Source: a virus
Taxonomy: Duplodnaviria > Heunggongvirae > Uroviricota > Caudoviricetes
IMG/VR virus record: IMGVR_UViG_2617271072_000004
Location: 1-64,000 of that record
Length of the DNA stretch: 64,000 nt
Strand: one strand, 5' to 3'
The position numbers and the translations under genes were made by a program. The notes beneath the pieces are model-generated. The model made no database searches and was not told where the DNA came from. It worked only from the letters and a program-made list of their open reading frames with translations. Below, piece after piece: positions 20,601 to 32,399 of this stretch (within the stretch, counting starts at the first letter, position 1; each line of letters opens with the position of its first letter).

Positions 20601-23600
20601 ATACGCCCGCATTCCGCTACGTGATGACACCGTAGATGAGCATGCACAAGACATGCTTTATGACTTCGTTGCCGCCGGGCGCGTAGCCAGCGCAATGGAC
20701 TCCGACTCCCACCGCAAAGAGGCGGCGCGTCGCCGGGTATTGTCGGAGTATTCAGATACCGGTACCGAAAAAGCAGAGAAGTATCCGTACTTTGAGGATA
20801 TGGGCTTCGACAGCGTGATCGCCGACGAAGGCCACAACTACCGCAATAGCTATAAAAATGGTCGCGAAGCGTCACAGCTGGCCTATCTGCCCACCAGCGC
20901 GGTGGCGCAATCGGCGCGAGATATGGCAATCAAAAACGCGTACCTGATGAAAAAGAATGGCGGGCGCGGACCGGTTCTCCTGACTGCAACGCCAGTCGTT
21001 AACACCCCGATCGATGCATACAACATGCTTTCTCATGTTCTGCCGAAAGAATACTGGCAGAAGATGGGGATCTACGGTCCTGATGACTTCGTTAAATTCT
21101 TCGGCAAGACCAGGCTGGAAACGGTACAGAAAATCAGCGGTGAAGTTGAAGAAAAAATGGCGCTGGTGGGCTTTGAAAACCTTGATGCGCTGCGCGGCAT
21201 ATTCCATCGCTGGACAACGCTTAAAACAGCGGAAGACGTTAAGGATACCGTGGAGATCCCGGAGCTGGACGAACACCAGCAGGATGCGCCACTTACTGAA
21301 GAACAACTGGCGGCGTATGAAGAATTGCGTCAGCAGGCGGAAGCGGCAGCCAAAGCCAACAATGGCGTAACGACCTCGGTCAATGAAGACGGCGTGATTG
21401 AGCACGAGAAAGCCCGTCCGATCTTCTCAATAATCAGGGATATGGACCGCGTATGTACTGACATGGACCTGTACTATCGCCGGATCACCTATCGTTTCCT
21501 GCCGGAGTACGCCGATGCGGTGCAGCAGCTGGCGGACAGTTTGCCTAAACAAGCCACCAGCGAAGACGACGACAGTGATGATTCAATCACGCAGCAATCG
21601 CAATACTCCCTGATAGATAAGGGCGAGTTTATTCAGTTGCAGGTTCCGGAAGCGTTCGAGCAGGAAGTGAATAAGCGCCTGGCCAGGTTTGGCATTGACG
21701 AACAGACCGTAACTCACCCCGTTACACCAAAATACGCGAAGCTGATCGCCACGCTGAAGGAGTTTTTCCCGGAAGGTAAGCAAATCATCTTCACCGATGA
21801 AAAAACGCAGCACCAGAAGCTCAAGCGCATTATCTGCAATGCTCTTAACCTTGAACCTTCAAAGGTGGGGATCCTGAATGCTCAGACGGTTGCCGAGGCA
21901 GGTAAAACCGGTAAGAAACTGAAAGCGGTTAAACCGCCGAAAGAGTTACCGGATGAACCAACAGATGCACAGATAGCGAAATACAACGAGCAAATGGCTC
22001 TGTATGACGCCTATATCGCGCAGCAAAATGAAATGTCGCTGGGCGGGCTGGAAAAGATTGCTGCCGACTTCCAGGAGGGACGGACTCCGATCATCATCTG
22101 CAACAAAAAGGCAGAGGTGGGTATCAACCTGCATCGAGGAACGACTGACATCCATCATCTGACGTTGCCATGGACACCAGCCAGTATCGCACAGCGTAAC
22201 GGTCGCGGTGCCCGAGTTGGCTCCAACCGTGCAAGCGTTCGCGTTCACTACTACTGCGGCAAGGGTTCTTTCGATGAATACCGACTGAAGACGCTGAAGC
22301 GTAAAGCAGGCTGGATCTCCGATATCCTCCGTTCAGATAAGTCAGAAATGGAGAACGCCGACGCCAACGATATGATCGAAATGCAGATGTATACCGCTAA
22401 GGATGATGGCGAACGTCTGGCAATGATGCAGGTTCAAATGGATAAGGCGAAAGCCGCGCAACGCGCTCGCCAGAAAGAACAGGCTACTATCGACCTTCAG
22501 AACTACATCAAGGCGCAGCACGCAGCTGGCGAGGATGTGGAGGTACTTACCGCTGAATTAGAGCGAAGCAAAGCGGAACTTGAAAAGACCACCGCCGAGG
22601 TAGCTAAATTCAAACAGGCGGTAATGGCCAAAGCAGCTGATAACGCAGACTGGAAAGCCCGCTGGGGTAGCGTCCATCACACAGACCGTACGTTGTTAGC
22701 ACAGTATCGCGCGTCGTTGAAAAGCGCCATTCAGCGCAAGGCTAATATCTCTCAAGCCATCTCCCGCTATGAGAAATTATTGAACCGTACTCAGAAGGCC
22801 GCGACGGATATCAAACGCCTGCGCCCGCTGGTGGAGGATGCAATAAATAAAGGCATTCTGGATGTTGATCCTGACCTGGTTAACCATGCGAGTGAGTTCC
22901 TTGTTATCGGCGATCGCTCATGGCGTGTAGGCCAATACTACGATTGTGCCGGTGATATCGTTCGCATTAAGTCGCTGGACTTCGACAGCCAGCGCGCAGA
23001 CGTGGAGATTATCTTTACCTTCAAAGGTACCAAATCGGGTAACTGGGATGTGAAGACGCTGGATAAACAGGTTGATGTAACTCCCGATGAAGATGCTGTT
23101 ATGCAGAAAATCAGTGGTGGCGTCTCCATCGCCGGGATTAACGACATCATTTCCTGTGACGATTTCTACCGTTTCCAGCAGCGCGGCATGATCAAAATCA
23201 CTGACTCATACGGCGTTCAGACTACAGAGTCAGGCTATAGCATCGATTTTGTTGGTACCTATTCGGACCCACTGAAGCATGCGGTTTACCCGGATCGCCG
23301 TGACGGCGCGCTGAAGTCGTCAATTGCAAAATGGGTGCTTGGTATGATGTCGGAAGGGAATAACCGCCAGATCCGTTCGGCAGAAACATTCCTGGTTGAA
23401 CTGTTTGGCTCCAATTATGGCGATGTAATCGCGTCATACGGAGATACGCTATCCCCTGAAGCAATTCAGGAGAAAATAGCGGATGCGATCGCCAGAATGC
23501 CGGAAAAAACAAGCCAGGGGGCTACTCGTAACGGGGATTCTGAACTTGAAGTCACCAATGCCATTTTCGGTACCAATGAGTTCCGGGCGTCAGATTATGA

Positions 23601-24438
23601 GATCACCACAGCACAGTTTGGCACCATTGGCATTTACAGCAATAAAGACGAGATCAAACAGTCAATGGACGCTGCAAGCGCGCGCATTGCAGCAGAACGC
23701 AAAGCCAATCTGAATCATGCAGTTTCCGCGCTGACTCAATCGTGGGTAACAGCAATCAGGGAGGCCGCCACCACAGGAAAAATCACACCGGCAATTGCGG
23801 ATGTCGTAAACGACGGCTCTAAATTTATGGATGCCTATAAAATGGATGCGGTGCAGTTGCCATCAGCCTATGGTCAACTCAGCTATCGCATGACCTACAA
23901 CCTGGTATCAATGTTTTCCGACCTTGCCATCCTTGGGCTGGTGGATCTTAACGAGGTTACGCCGGAATTGCTCAGCATGCGCAAGAATCATGTGGAGATA
24001 TTGCAGAGAATTAACACGGTTCTTGCCGGGCGCACCGATGAAGAGAAACAGGCCGACGCTGATCGGATAAACCTGGCCCTTGGCAACATCACGGAGGAAG
24101 AGATTGCCGCCAGAAACGAGAAACAAGAAGAGTTATCATCAATACAGGGTGATGCCACCAGCATAGCTCAGTCTCTTGGTCTGAATTATCGCGTATCCAC
24201 CGCCGACCTGAAGATGATGTACGCACCAAAATTCGCCGCTGGCGAGGTATTTGGGCTTCAGGAAGCCTCAGGCATGAAAGGCGTTCTTTTCCGTGCGAAA
24301 GACGCAATCAAGGCGAAATTCGGCGCTCGCTGGCTGCCAGCGAAGGCGAAGAACAGCGATTTCCCGGGTAACTGGTGGATTATCGAGACAAAACACAACG
24401 TGGCGGACGTTCTGGCCGTCATCCAACAATACGCATAA
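17671..24438 (+). CDS. darB: DarB antirestriction methyltransferase-helicase
   Basis: 2255 aa, the size of P1 DarB; N-terminal NVPF methylase-like motif, central DEGHNYRN and TATPVVNT helicase motifs. Confidence 0.9.
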   Translation: MNKLSMGVFRCSSVSEILKYISAITSHRAPIRYGVEKVEGKSYDRLRREANQKAIDLLNSLVDGATLTDEQRQILAGYTGEGGIGGSVSEYYTPKPIAEGVWEIMKLYGADVGNTLEPSAGTGVFNETKPVGTVMTATEISSVSGRINQLLHPEDSVQISPFEQLAVSTPNDSFDHVVGNVPFGGRDNTRNIDKPYAEETDMGSYFMLRMLDKIKPGGFMCVIVPPSIVSGSNMKRLRLRLSRKAEFLGAHRLPTGTFDANGTSTVVDVVLMRKHPAEMAEKIPLVDESTLESANVLWPTFISGKWFEKDGRRFVHGTQEKGFQGRIEVRADGQIDNQALKAKLIHRFESRIDWSLLDMAEPSPTADVVGEGEMRLINGVWQKYAGGRWIEADAGKELKIDAASYGADSWEALQRNLTTTEGRLGMTFTQMANVRDKYTTSISDDMVQLVDWINSQPEKYRERLYRGAMIGRMLIEYQDMKAAGHSAEQIEQQRLSLVSRLQAEIDRFGNPGRGPIAKLSGSGARAWFAFRGAIKLDGTISDELTGKLVTHDSSASYDSTSYQDTLRYLYSDLTRDPIQLDDFRLAFTGELPASDEELLNLLASTPGIAVSPYGGIVPFARATSGDINEIVAPKQEFLATLPDGPVKNNVLNQLAAIEEKRIKTPAENIRFKLNSRWFDRSVILEFLQENGYPDLRYVQSVQLEGDEMVSDTYHGGDGLFVGHRYGVVQRKDKETGEIRYEWDRKSGENATGFPAQLEKYLNGARIGGKDSATANGYREQMALLEDQFNKWIKTHDRYDELVAKYNDVFNSNIPYEHSGDPLGLKGLSGKRQPFDYQNSEVRRLSEDGRGILGFGTGLGKTTTALALEAFNYENGRSTRTAYVVPKSVLENWYYEAKEFLSEEAFSNYLFVGLDVLMDGDQIRQVPVLNENGKPVLGTDGTPVMRDALKLADEATITARMNAIPHSNYRAVVFTKEQYARIPLRDDTVDEHAQDMLYDFVAAGRVASAMDSDSHRKEAARRRVLSEYSDTGTEKAEKYPYFEDMGFDSVIADEGHNYRNSYKNGREASQLAYLPTSAVAQSARDMAIKNAYLMKKNGGRGPVLLTATPVVNTPIDAYNMLSHVLPKEYWQKMGIYGPDDFVKFFGKTRLETVQKISGEVEEKMALVGFENLDALRGIFHRWTTLKTAEDVKDTVEIPELDEHQQDAPLTEEQLAAYEELRQQAEAAAKANNGVTTSVNEDGVIEHEKARPIFSIIRDMDRVCTDMDLYYRRITYRFLPEYADAVQQLADSLPKQATSEDDDSDDSITQQSQYSLIDKGEFIQLQVPEAFEQEVNKRLARFGIDEQTVTHPVTPKYAKLIATLKEFFPEGKQIIFTDEKTQHQKLKRIICNALNLEPSKVGILNAQTVAEAGKTGKKLKAVKPPKELPDEPTDAQIAKYNEQMALYDAYIAQQNEMSLGGLEKIAADFQEGRTPIIICNKKAEVGINLHRGTTDIHHLTLPWTPASIAQRNGRGARVGSNRASVRVHYYCGKGSFDEYRLKTLKRKAGWISDILRSDKSEMENADANDMIEMQMYTAKDDGERLAMMQVQMDKAKAAQRARQKEQATIDLQNYIKAQHAAGEDVEVLTAELERSKAELEKTTAEVAKFKQAVMAKAADNADWKARWGSVHHTDRTLLAQYRASLKSAIQRKANISQAISRYEKLLNRTQKAATDIKRLRPLVEDAINKGILDVDPDLVNHASEFLVIGDRSWRVGQYYDCAGDIVRIKSLDFDSQRADVEIIFTFKGTKSGNWDVKTLDKQVDVTPDEDAVMQKISGGVSIAGINDIISCDDFYRFQQRGMIKITDSYGVQTTESGYSIDFVGTYSDPLKHAVYPDRRDGALKSSIAKWVLGMMSEGNNRQIRSAETFLVELFGSNYGDVIASYGDTLSPEAIQEKIADAIARMPEKTSQGATRNGDSELEVTNAIFGTNEFRASDYEITTAQFGTIGIYSNKDEIKQSMDAASARIAAERKANLNHAVSALTQSWVTAIREAATTGKITPAIADVVNDGSKFMDAYKMDAVQLPSAYGQLSYRMTYNLVSMFSDLAILGLVDLNEVTPELLSMRKNHVEILQRINTVLAGRTDEEKQADADRINLALGNITEEEIAARNEKQEELSSIQGDATSIAQSLGLNYRVSTADLKMMYAPKFAAGEVFGLQEASGMKGVLFRAKDAIKAKFGARWLPAKAKNSDFPGNWWIIETKHNVADVLAVIQQYA

Positions 24439-24471
24439 CAGGAGCGCCCGGTTCGCCGGGCGTCGCATAAT

Positions 24472-24912
24472 ATGGCCACACTATCTGATACAATAAAACC
24501 GAATAAAACATATCTTGAGGCGGTACTCCGTACAGCGTTGTTAGGAAAGACAGAAGACGAATACGTTGATTTCTTCCTGTCAGGGCTACGCGGGCGATTA
24601 CTGAAAAATCCCCGCCTGTACCGCAGCTATGGCCCATACTGGCCGGAAATTAAAAAATTATTACTGGAGCGCGGTTATGGTAATTTCGGTCGTCTCGTTG
24701 ACCGTGACGTTCGCAAAATTTACCGTTATGACCGCCCGGCGCTGACGCTCATAGCTGCGACGCTCTACAGCCAGGAGCGTTTTGATAATGGTCAGATATA
24801 CTCAGCCTGGCATTTACTGCCAGTGCCTGAAGAGGTTGACGACCAGGACTATGAGTTTGAGTCTTACGATTTGGAAGTTGAAGCCTTGGCACAGGCTGGA
24901 GAGAAAACTTGA
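24472..24912 (+). CDS. ulx: Ulx
   Basis: 146-aa ORF between darB and lxc. Confidence 0.6.
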   Translation: MATLSDTIKPNKTYLEAVLRTALLGKTEDEYVDFFLSGLRGRLLKNPRLYRSYGPYWPEIKKLLLERGYGNFGRLVDRDVRKIYRYDRPALTLIAATLYSQERFDNGQIYSAWHLLPVPEEVDDQDYEFESYDLEVEALAQAGEKT

Positions 24913-25157
24913 AGAAGCGATACTACACAGTAAAGCATGGGACGCTACGAGCATTGCAAGAGTTTGCTGATAAGCATAACGTTGAGGTGCGCAGGGAAGG
25001 GGGAAGTAAAGCTCTGCGCATGTACCGTCCTGACGGAAAATGGCGGACGGTCGTCGATTTCAAAACTAACAGTGTTCCCCAGGGCGTCCGCGACCGGGCA
25101 TTCGAAGAATGGGAGCAGATCATCATAGATAACGCATTGCTTCTGAACGCTGATTAA
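24909..25157 (+). CDS. lxc: Lxc
   Basis: 82-aa ORF overlapping ulx stop. Confidence 0.6.
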   Translation: MKKRYYTVKHGTLRALQEFADKHNVEVRREGGSKALRMYRPDGKWRTVVDFKTNSVPQGVRDRAFEEWEQIIIDNALLLNAD

Positions 25158-25239
25158 TAATCATTTAAAGCCCATATGATATGGGCTTAAACAACAGGAT
25201 CGATATACAGTGTTAGTTAAATATATAGGCGAGAGTTAT

Positions 25240-26250
25240 ATGGAAAAACCTTGGCCGGGCATGCACATTAGAACATCTTGTCTGGAGGATGGTTTCTTTA
25301 GAGCAACGCAACCAAAGTATCTTAATGATCCGTCGAGTGAGTCGCGACTTCTTCCATTTTTTAATAAATTTTCACCAGCCGATTACGCATGGGCTAGAAA
25401 TGAATTTAAGAAAATGCAACGAGATCCATCTTATGTCCCATCTATACAAGAGTTAGAGTATTATTTAAAACCTTGCGGGAAACGATACGGAGAGGATTTT
25501 CCACACTTGTTAATCAATGAAGGTTTTACCTCAATGGATTCATATGATGAATCTAAACTCCAAGAAATAGTAACGTACCTTAACGATTATTTAGTAGAAG
25601 CCGTAAGCTGTCATCTTGGTGTATTCTCTCTATCAAAAAGTGATTGCAATCTACACATGTGGACTCATTATGCATCGATAGGAAAGGGGTTTGCTGTAGT
25701 TTTCGATGAAACACACGATTTTTTTAAAATATATCGGCCGTGTGATGTTAGTTATAATCCAGAAGATAGAGCATCTGTAACCTATTATAAAGGCGCTGTG
25801 CGATTTAATGGCTATCCTGCGCCATCGAGGAATATAGATATAAAGAATAAAGATAATACATTGCATGGGATCTTAAATCGAGATCCAGTTCGCGAGCTTT
25901 TTATTAATAGGCTTCTTTATACAAAAGGTGAAGAGTGGCTTCCTGAAAATGAAAGTAGAATTATTTTTCCATTGGCTGATTGCGAGAGAAAAATAGGAAG
26001 CATTGTCTCTCCATCGATTGATGATTGCCTATTGAATGAGTATCCTGATGTTTTTCATGACTATCATGAAATTAACTTAAAGAAAATTCCTTTTTCTGCA
26101 TTCAAGCAAATTACCTTAGGGTATAACATGACTGAAAAAGATAAAAATATAATTTTAGATAAAGTTAGTTCGAATAAAGAATTGTCTCACGTCAACGTAT
26201 TACAATCAAAACTTGATATATACGGAAAGGTTGTGGTTAAGCCCATGTAA
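25240..26250 (+). CDS. DUF2971-like protein, AT-rich cargo gene
   Basis: VFSLSKSDCNLHMWTHYASIGKGFAVVF matches the FSxS...MWxHYA motif recalled for DUF2971; ORF track starts at GTG 25210, ATG 25240 preferred. Confidence 0.55.
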   Translation: MEKPWPGMHIRTSCLEDGFFRATQPKYLNDPSSESRLLPFFNKFSPADYAWARNEFKKMQRDPSYVPSIQELEYYLKPCGKRYGEDFPHLLINEGFTSMDSYDESKLQEIVTYLNDYLVEAVSCHLGVFSLSKSDCNLHMWTHYASIGKGFAVVFDETHDFFKIYRPCDVSYNPEDRASVTYYKGAVRFNGYPAPSRNIDIKNKDNTLHGILNRDPVRELFINRLLYTKGEEWLPENESRIIFPLADCERKIGSIVSPSIDDCLLNEYPDVFHDYHEINLKKIPFSAFKQITLGYNMTEKDKNIILDKVSSNKELSHVNVLQSKLDIYGKVVVKPM

Positions 26251-26347
26251 TAATACGCTTATGTCTACACTTCATGATAAATACCTTCCTTAACTTAGGA
26301 AGGTTAGTTGTGGGTTTACGCAGAAAGTAACAAATAACCTTCGTAGG

Positions 26348-26989
26348 TTATAGAATATTATTCTTTCCGGTGAGTATTCCTTGAGGAACTCTAGCGCATC
26401 CCATAATTTGAGTTTTCTTGATGATGTTTATATATGACGCTATCAGCGATGAGTCATCACGACTATCCACTTCAGAAGCCATTGCCCTGATGTACTCGGC
26501 GCTGGCAACGTTGTTGTATTCCGTCGCAAAGCAACATAGTAACGTCAGAACATGCTCTGTCGTTATTTCGCTCCAGTTGATGTTGAAAAATTCATCGCCT
26601 TTTTTATCGTGTTCGGAATCGAAGATGCTTTGGTGGAGGATGTATTTGCCGGATTCCTTGCGCGGTAACTTGATCGCTTTCTGGCGTTCCAGCTCCTTGT
26701 AAATCTGCATTGCTTCAATCAGTACCGGCCTGCCGTTCATGAAGGGATCGCGCAACCTTACACGCTGGCCAACTCGACCAGTAATAAAGCTGTTTTCCTC
26801 TTCCACCAGCACGATAAAACCCTTTTCCTCTTTTTCTCGCAATTCGCGCAGCAGCTGGAGTTCCATATCGCGGCGGCGTTCAGGGTAGCTGGTCCGCTCA
26901 GCCATTATCAGCTCGTTATTGATCCATGCAGCAGTCATTGACGCCGGTTTGCCGACGCTCATCGAAACAACGCATATTTTCTTATCCAT
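26348..26989 (-). CDS. hypothetical protein
   Basis: 213 aa from MDKKICVV with AGGGGG RBS; ORF track extends to 27136. Confidence 0.55.
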   Translation of the reverse strand: MDKKICVVSMSVGKPASMTAAWINNELIMAERTSYPERRRDMELQLLRELREKEEKGFIVLVEEENSFITGRVGQRVRLRDPFMNGRPVLIEAMQIYKELERQKAIKLPRKESGKYILHQSIFDSEHDKKGDEFFNINWSEITTEHVLTLLCCFATEYNNVASAEYIRAMASEVDSRDDSSLIASYINIIKKTQIMGCARVPQGILTGKNNIL

Positions 26990-27178
26990 AGCGCCCCCTA
27001 CAAAAAAGAAAAGCCACCAGCGGCGGCTTAGCAATACAACTGAAGGTAGCGCCCGGTACTCAGACTGTGCCGTCCATGGAATATTTGAAAAGGGATCCAT
27101 CCGTACCGGGCGTGTGATGATTCTGACTGAAGTCACTTGTCAGTTGTCAATCATTTATCATTAAAAATAATATATTTA

Positions 27179-27439
27179 TTAGTGCATGATGTTTGCCATC
27201 TCATAGGCGTCAGCCAGTAACTCCATCTCTGACTTGTTCAGCAAGGTGAATTCTTTCTTGCCTCCAACCACACCATCGGCATGAACAGGGACCAGCCAGG
27301 GGTATTTTTCTCTTACTTCAGCCGGTGCTGCATGCTGGTGGTACCATCTACAAAGTGGCAACTGCTTTTTGTGACAACCCGGCGCGGTACGACCGGAGAT
27401 ATGGTGCAGAGACACCTCTTCAGATATTACTCCATGCAT
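27179..27439 (-). CDS. hypothetical ORF abutting the Tn3 truncation point
   Basis: 86-aa ORF; may be the remnant of a backbone gene. Confidence 0.3.
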   Translation of the reverse strand: MHGVISEEVSLHHISGRTAPGCHKKQLPLCRWYHQHAAPAEVREKYPWLVPVHADGVVGGKKEFTLLNKSEMELLADAYEMANIMH

Positions 27440-28458
27440 ATAGCAGGCAATGCAGGGGAGAGCGCCAATGCAGATTTATCCAGATCCTTCAGCGAGCGGA
27501 GCCGTTTTTTCTGCCCAATCTTTCTGGCGTCACGGATGATAACGGCCAGCATGGCGTCCAGAACGTCCAATGCATCATCCAGCGCCAGCGTTTCCCATGC
27601 AAGGACAAAGGCAACCAGAACCGCCATCCTTTTCTGCGGTGACATCCTGGCAATATTGAACACCGAAGTCATACCAGCATAACGTGCGAGATTTTTCAGG
27701 CGCACAGCCGGGAGTGTACTCAGGTTTTCAGCATGCAGGCCAAAATCGTTCAGAGTTTTCCAGCGTTCAATTGCTTCATTAAACGCCGGACCACTGATGG
27801 TCACAGGGCCCTTTTTCAGTGATTCCAGTAAAGACAGGCGGCTGCAATCAGTTGGCCCCAGCAGCATCTCCAGCTGTGAACGCTGTTCGGCTGACGGTAT
27901 CAGTGCCAGTTTGTTCCACAGGCGCAACGTCGCCTTTTCCCTTACCTCTGAAATCAACCGGGTCAGCGTAGTGGCTCCGGGGAGAATAATACGATGTTGC
28001 ATAAGCCACCCTGTCGCCAGATCGAAAAGCAGGCCAGGACGTTCGTTGCTTATCCAGCTCCGGGTATATAAAAGACGGGTAAGGCGAAATGTCCAGGGCC
28101 AGGCAAATTCACGATACTGATAGTGCTGACGTATCAGCGCTGCATGCTCACGGCGGGTATTTTCCCTCTGACCGTATTCTGCAAGAACGGTGATATCACG
28201 AATCCCGAGCTGTCTGGCGGTAAAATGCCGGACGCCGGAAGGAATATGATTCATATCGGTGAGGAAGGTGCCCAGAAAACGGACACATCCAATTTGCAGG
28301 GCAATGCCCAGACGGTTGTGATCACCTCTGCTTTTTCCGATAAATTCCTTGTCTGCTTCATCAAGGTGAAAATATCGTGCCAGCTGAAGCTCATCCGGTT
28401 CACCGGTGAATCTGCCATAGCTTTCAGTCTGCTCAGTGGTCAGAAAGTCAACGGGCAT
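27427..28458 (-). pseudogene. tnpA: Tn3 transposase, N-terminal ~340 aa only
   Basis: MPVDFLTTEQTESYGRFTGEPDELQLARYFHLDEADKEF... Full TnpA is ~1000 aa. Confidence 0.9.
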
Positions 28459-29180
<722 letters not shown>

Positions 29181-29341
29181 TACGATAGGTTAATGTCATG
29201 ATAATAATGGTTTCTTAGACGTCAGGTGGCACTTTTCGGGGAAATGTGCGCGGAACCCCTATTTGTTTATTTTTCTAAATACATTCAAATATGTATCCGC
29301 TCATGAGACAATAACCCTGGTAAATGCTTCAATAATATTGA

Positions 29342-30214
<873 letters not shown>

Positions 30215-30323
30215 CTGTCAGACCAAGTTTACTCATATATACTTTAGATTGATTTAAAACTTCATTTTTAATTTAAAAGGATCTAGGTGAAGATCCTTTT
30301 TGATAATCTCATGACCAAAATCC

Positions 30324-30361
30324 CTTAACGTGAGTTTTCGTTCCACTGAGCGTCAGACCCC
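30324..30361. repeat. Tn3 38-bp right terminal inverted repeat
   Basis: CTTAACGTGAGTTTTCGTTCCACTGAGCGTCAGACCCC. Confidence 0.9.
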
Positions 30362-30384
30362 AATACAAACCCGCTCTTTTGTGC

Positions 30385-30411
30385 AGCCTGGCTCCTTGCC
30401 AGGCTTTTTTA
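30385..30411 (+). terminator. rho-independent terminator just outside the Tn3 right end
   Basis: AGCCTGGC-TCCTT-GCCAGGCT followed by TTTTTTA. Confidence 0.55.
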
Positions 30412-30721
30412 TTTCATCATGGAAGCTGTTAACGCTTTGGATCTTGCTGAACTGATTGAAAGGGCATTGTTTACCTTACCCAGGAGTTCGCCAAATTCCG
30501 CCATCACTCTAGTAAGCCCGCGCCGCGCTTCCTCCTCCGTTGCATTCATCACAAAAATGTTCAGCACTCCGCATGCTTTTAACGGGGAACGCAACAGATA
30601 TCGAGTCGATATCAGGCATCCTATCGCTCAACTTTACGGTGACAATGACAGATGGTGACTGAATTTGAGAGCTTACAGACAGCACCACATATTTTCCGTC
30701 TATTTTGAAATCCTTCCGCAT
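30409..30721 (-). CDS. hypothetical C1-controlled small gene downstream of cre, two frames
   Basis: ORFs 30509-30721 and 30409-30594 overlap in different frames; operator-like site just upstream. Confidence 0.3.
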
Positions 30722-30737
30722 GTGTCACCATAAATAT

Positions 30738-30754
30738 CAAATAATTAGAGCAAT
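30738..30754 (-). promoter_or_regulatory. C1 operator-like 17-mer
   Basis: Reverse complement ATTGCTCTAATTATTTG. Confidence 0.5.
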
Positions 30755-30771
30755 CAAGCGTAAATAAACGG

Positions 30772-31804
30772 CTAGTCGCCATCTTCCAGCAGACGCACCA
30801 TTGCCCCCGTTTCACTATCCAGGTTACGAATGTAGTTCATGACAATATTTACGTTGGTCCAGCCACCAGCTTGCATGATCTCCGGTATTGAAACTCCGGC
30901 GCGGGCCATATCTCGCGCGGCACCGACACGGGCACTATGTCCAGACCAGGCCAGGTATCGCTGACCAGAGTCATCTTTTGCCCCGTAAATCAATCGGTGA
31001 GTTGCTTCAAAAATCCCTTCCAAGGCGCGAGTTGATAGCTGGCTGGTGGATGATGGCGCGGCAACACCATTTTTCTGACCCGGCAAAACAGGTAGTTATT
31101 CGGATCATCAGCTACACCAGAGACGGAAATCCATCGCTCGACCAGTTTAGTTACCCCCAGGCTAAGTGCCTTCTCTACACCTGCGGTACTAACCAGCGTT
31201 TTCGTTCTGCCAATATGGATTAACATTCTCCCACCGTCAGTACGTGAGATATCTTTAACCCTGATCCTGGCAATTTCGGCTATACGTAACAGGGTGTTAT
31301 AAGCAATCCCCAGAAATGCCAGATTACGTATATCCTGGCAGCGATCGCTATTTTCCATGAGTTGAACGAACCTGGTCGAAATCAGTGCGTTCGAACGCTA
31401 GAGCCTGTTTTGCACGTTCACCGGCATCAACGTTTTCTTTTCGGATCCGCCGCATAACCAGTGAAACAGCATTGCTGTCACTTGGTCGTGGCAGCCCGGA
31501 CCGACGATGAAGCATGTTTAGCTGGCCCAAATGTTGCTGGATAGTTTTTACTGCCAGACCGCGCGCCTGAAGATATAGAAGATAATCGCGAACATCTTCA
31601 GGTTCTGCGGGAAACCATTTCCGGTTATTCAACTTGCACCATGCCGCCCACGACCGGCAAACGGACAGAAGCATTTTCCAGGTATGCTCAGAAAAACGCC
31701 TGGCGATCCCTGAACATGTCCATCAGGTTCTTGCGAACCTCATCACTCGTTGCATCGACCGGTAATGCAGGCAAATTTTGGTGTACGGTCAGTAAATTGG
31801 ACAT
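30772..31804 (-). CDS. cre: Cre tyrosine recombinase, reading frame broken three times
   Basis: MSNLLTVHQNLPALPVDATSDEVRKNLMDMFRDRQAF... Indels vs canonical cre at runs 31692-31696, 31382-31383, 31070-31074. Confidence 0.9.
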
Positions 31805-32220
31805 TTAACACTCAGATAATAGTTTTAAGTAAAGTGTACAGGATTGGCTCTGCCTTTACCTGTTTATGGTTCTCGTCATAGAAACGCCAGCGACCGCGCG
31901 TGCGTTCTATTTTCTCTTCACCGCGCGATAATGACAGTTGGCAACTATCACGATCAAACCCTTTTGCCCGCCAGTAACCACGGTTTTTCTCAAGCTCAAG
32001 ATGAGTGGACACTTTAGCAGCTGAATATCCCATTTTTCACCTCTGATTGATTGGTGGTGCTAAGTGCGCTACGCGAAATCTGGAGCACTAACACTGCCAA
32101 CATTTCGCAGATTTTACGTAGCGCAACCTTGATCAAATGATCAAGTGATCACTATTTAACCTGATAAGGTATTGAACTGTATGGATTTACAGGTAAATTG
32201 ATCATGTTCAATAACCCTTA

Positions 32221-32254
32221 AGATAACTTCGTATAATGTATGCTATACGAAGTT
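32221..32254. other. loxP recombination site
   Basis: Exact ATAACTTCGTATA-ATGTATGC-TATACGAAGTTAT. Confidence 0.98.
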
Positions 32255-32299
32255 ATTAGGTCCGAAGAGGAGTTTACGTCCAGCTGCGCATAAAAATCA

Positions 32300-32316
32300 A
32301 GAATTATTAGAGCAAT
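32300..32316 (-). promoter_or_regulatory. C1 operator-like 17-mer in immC control region
   Basis: Contains reverse complement of ATTGCTCTAATAA. Confidence 0.55.
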
Positions 32317-32382
32317 AAATTTTGAGAGAAAAATCCCACTCCACCAGCCAAAAACTGGATTGTTTTTCATAGTTGTTTGACA

Positions 32383-32399
32383 ATTGCTCTAATAAATTA
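32383..32399 (+). promoter_or_regulatory. C1 operator
   Basis: ATTGCTCTAATAAATTA, 16 of 17 to consensus. Confidence 0.7.

Noticed and set aside
17806-24479. Many 60-180 codon ORFs inside and antisense to darB (for example 20872-21405)
   Set aside because: Embedded in a 2255-codon conserved gene on the other strand.
27427-27450. Tn3 left inverted repeat
   Set aside because: The 38-bp IR sequence was searched for left of the tnpA fragment and not found.
27281-27682. Plus-strand ORFs overlapping the tnpA fragment
   Set aside because: Antisense to the well-conserved Tn3 transposase N-terminus.
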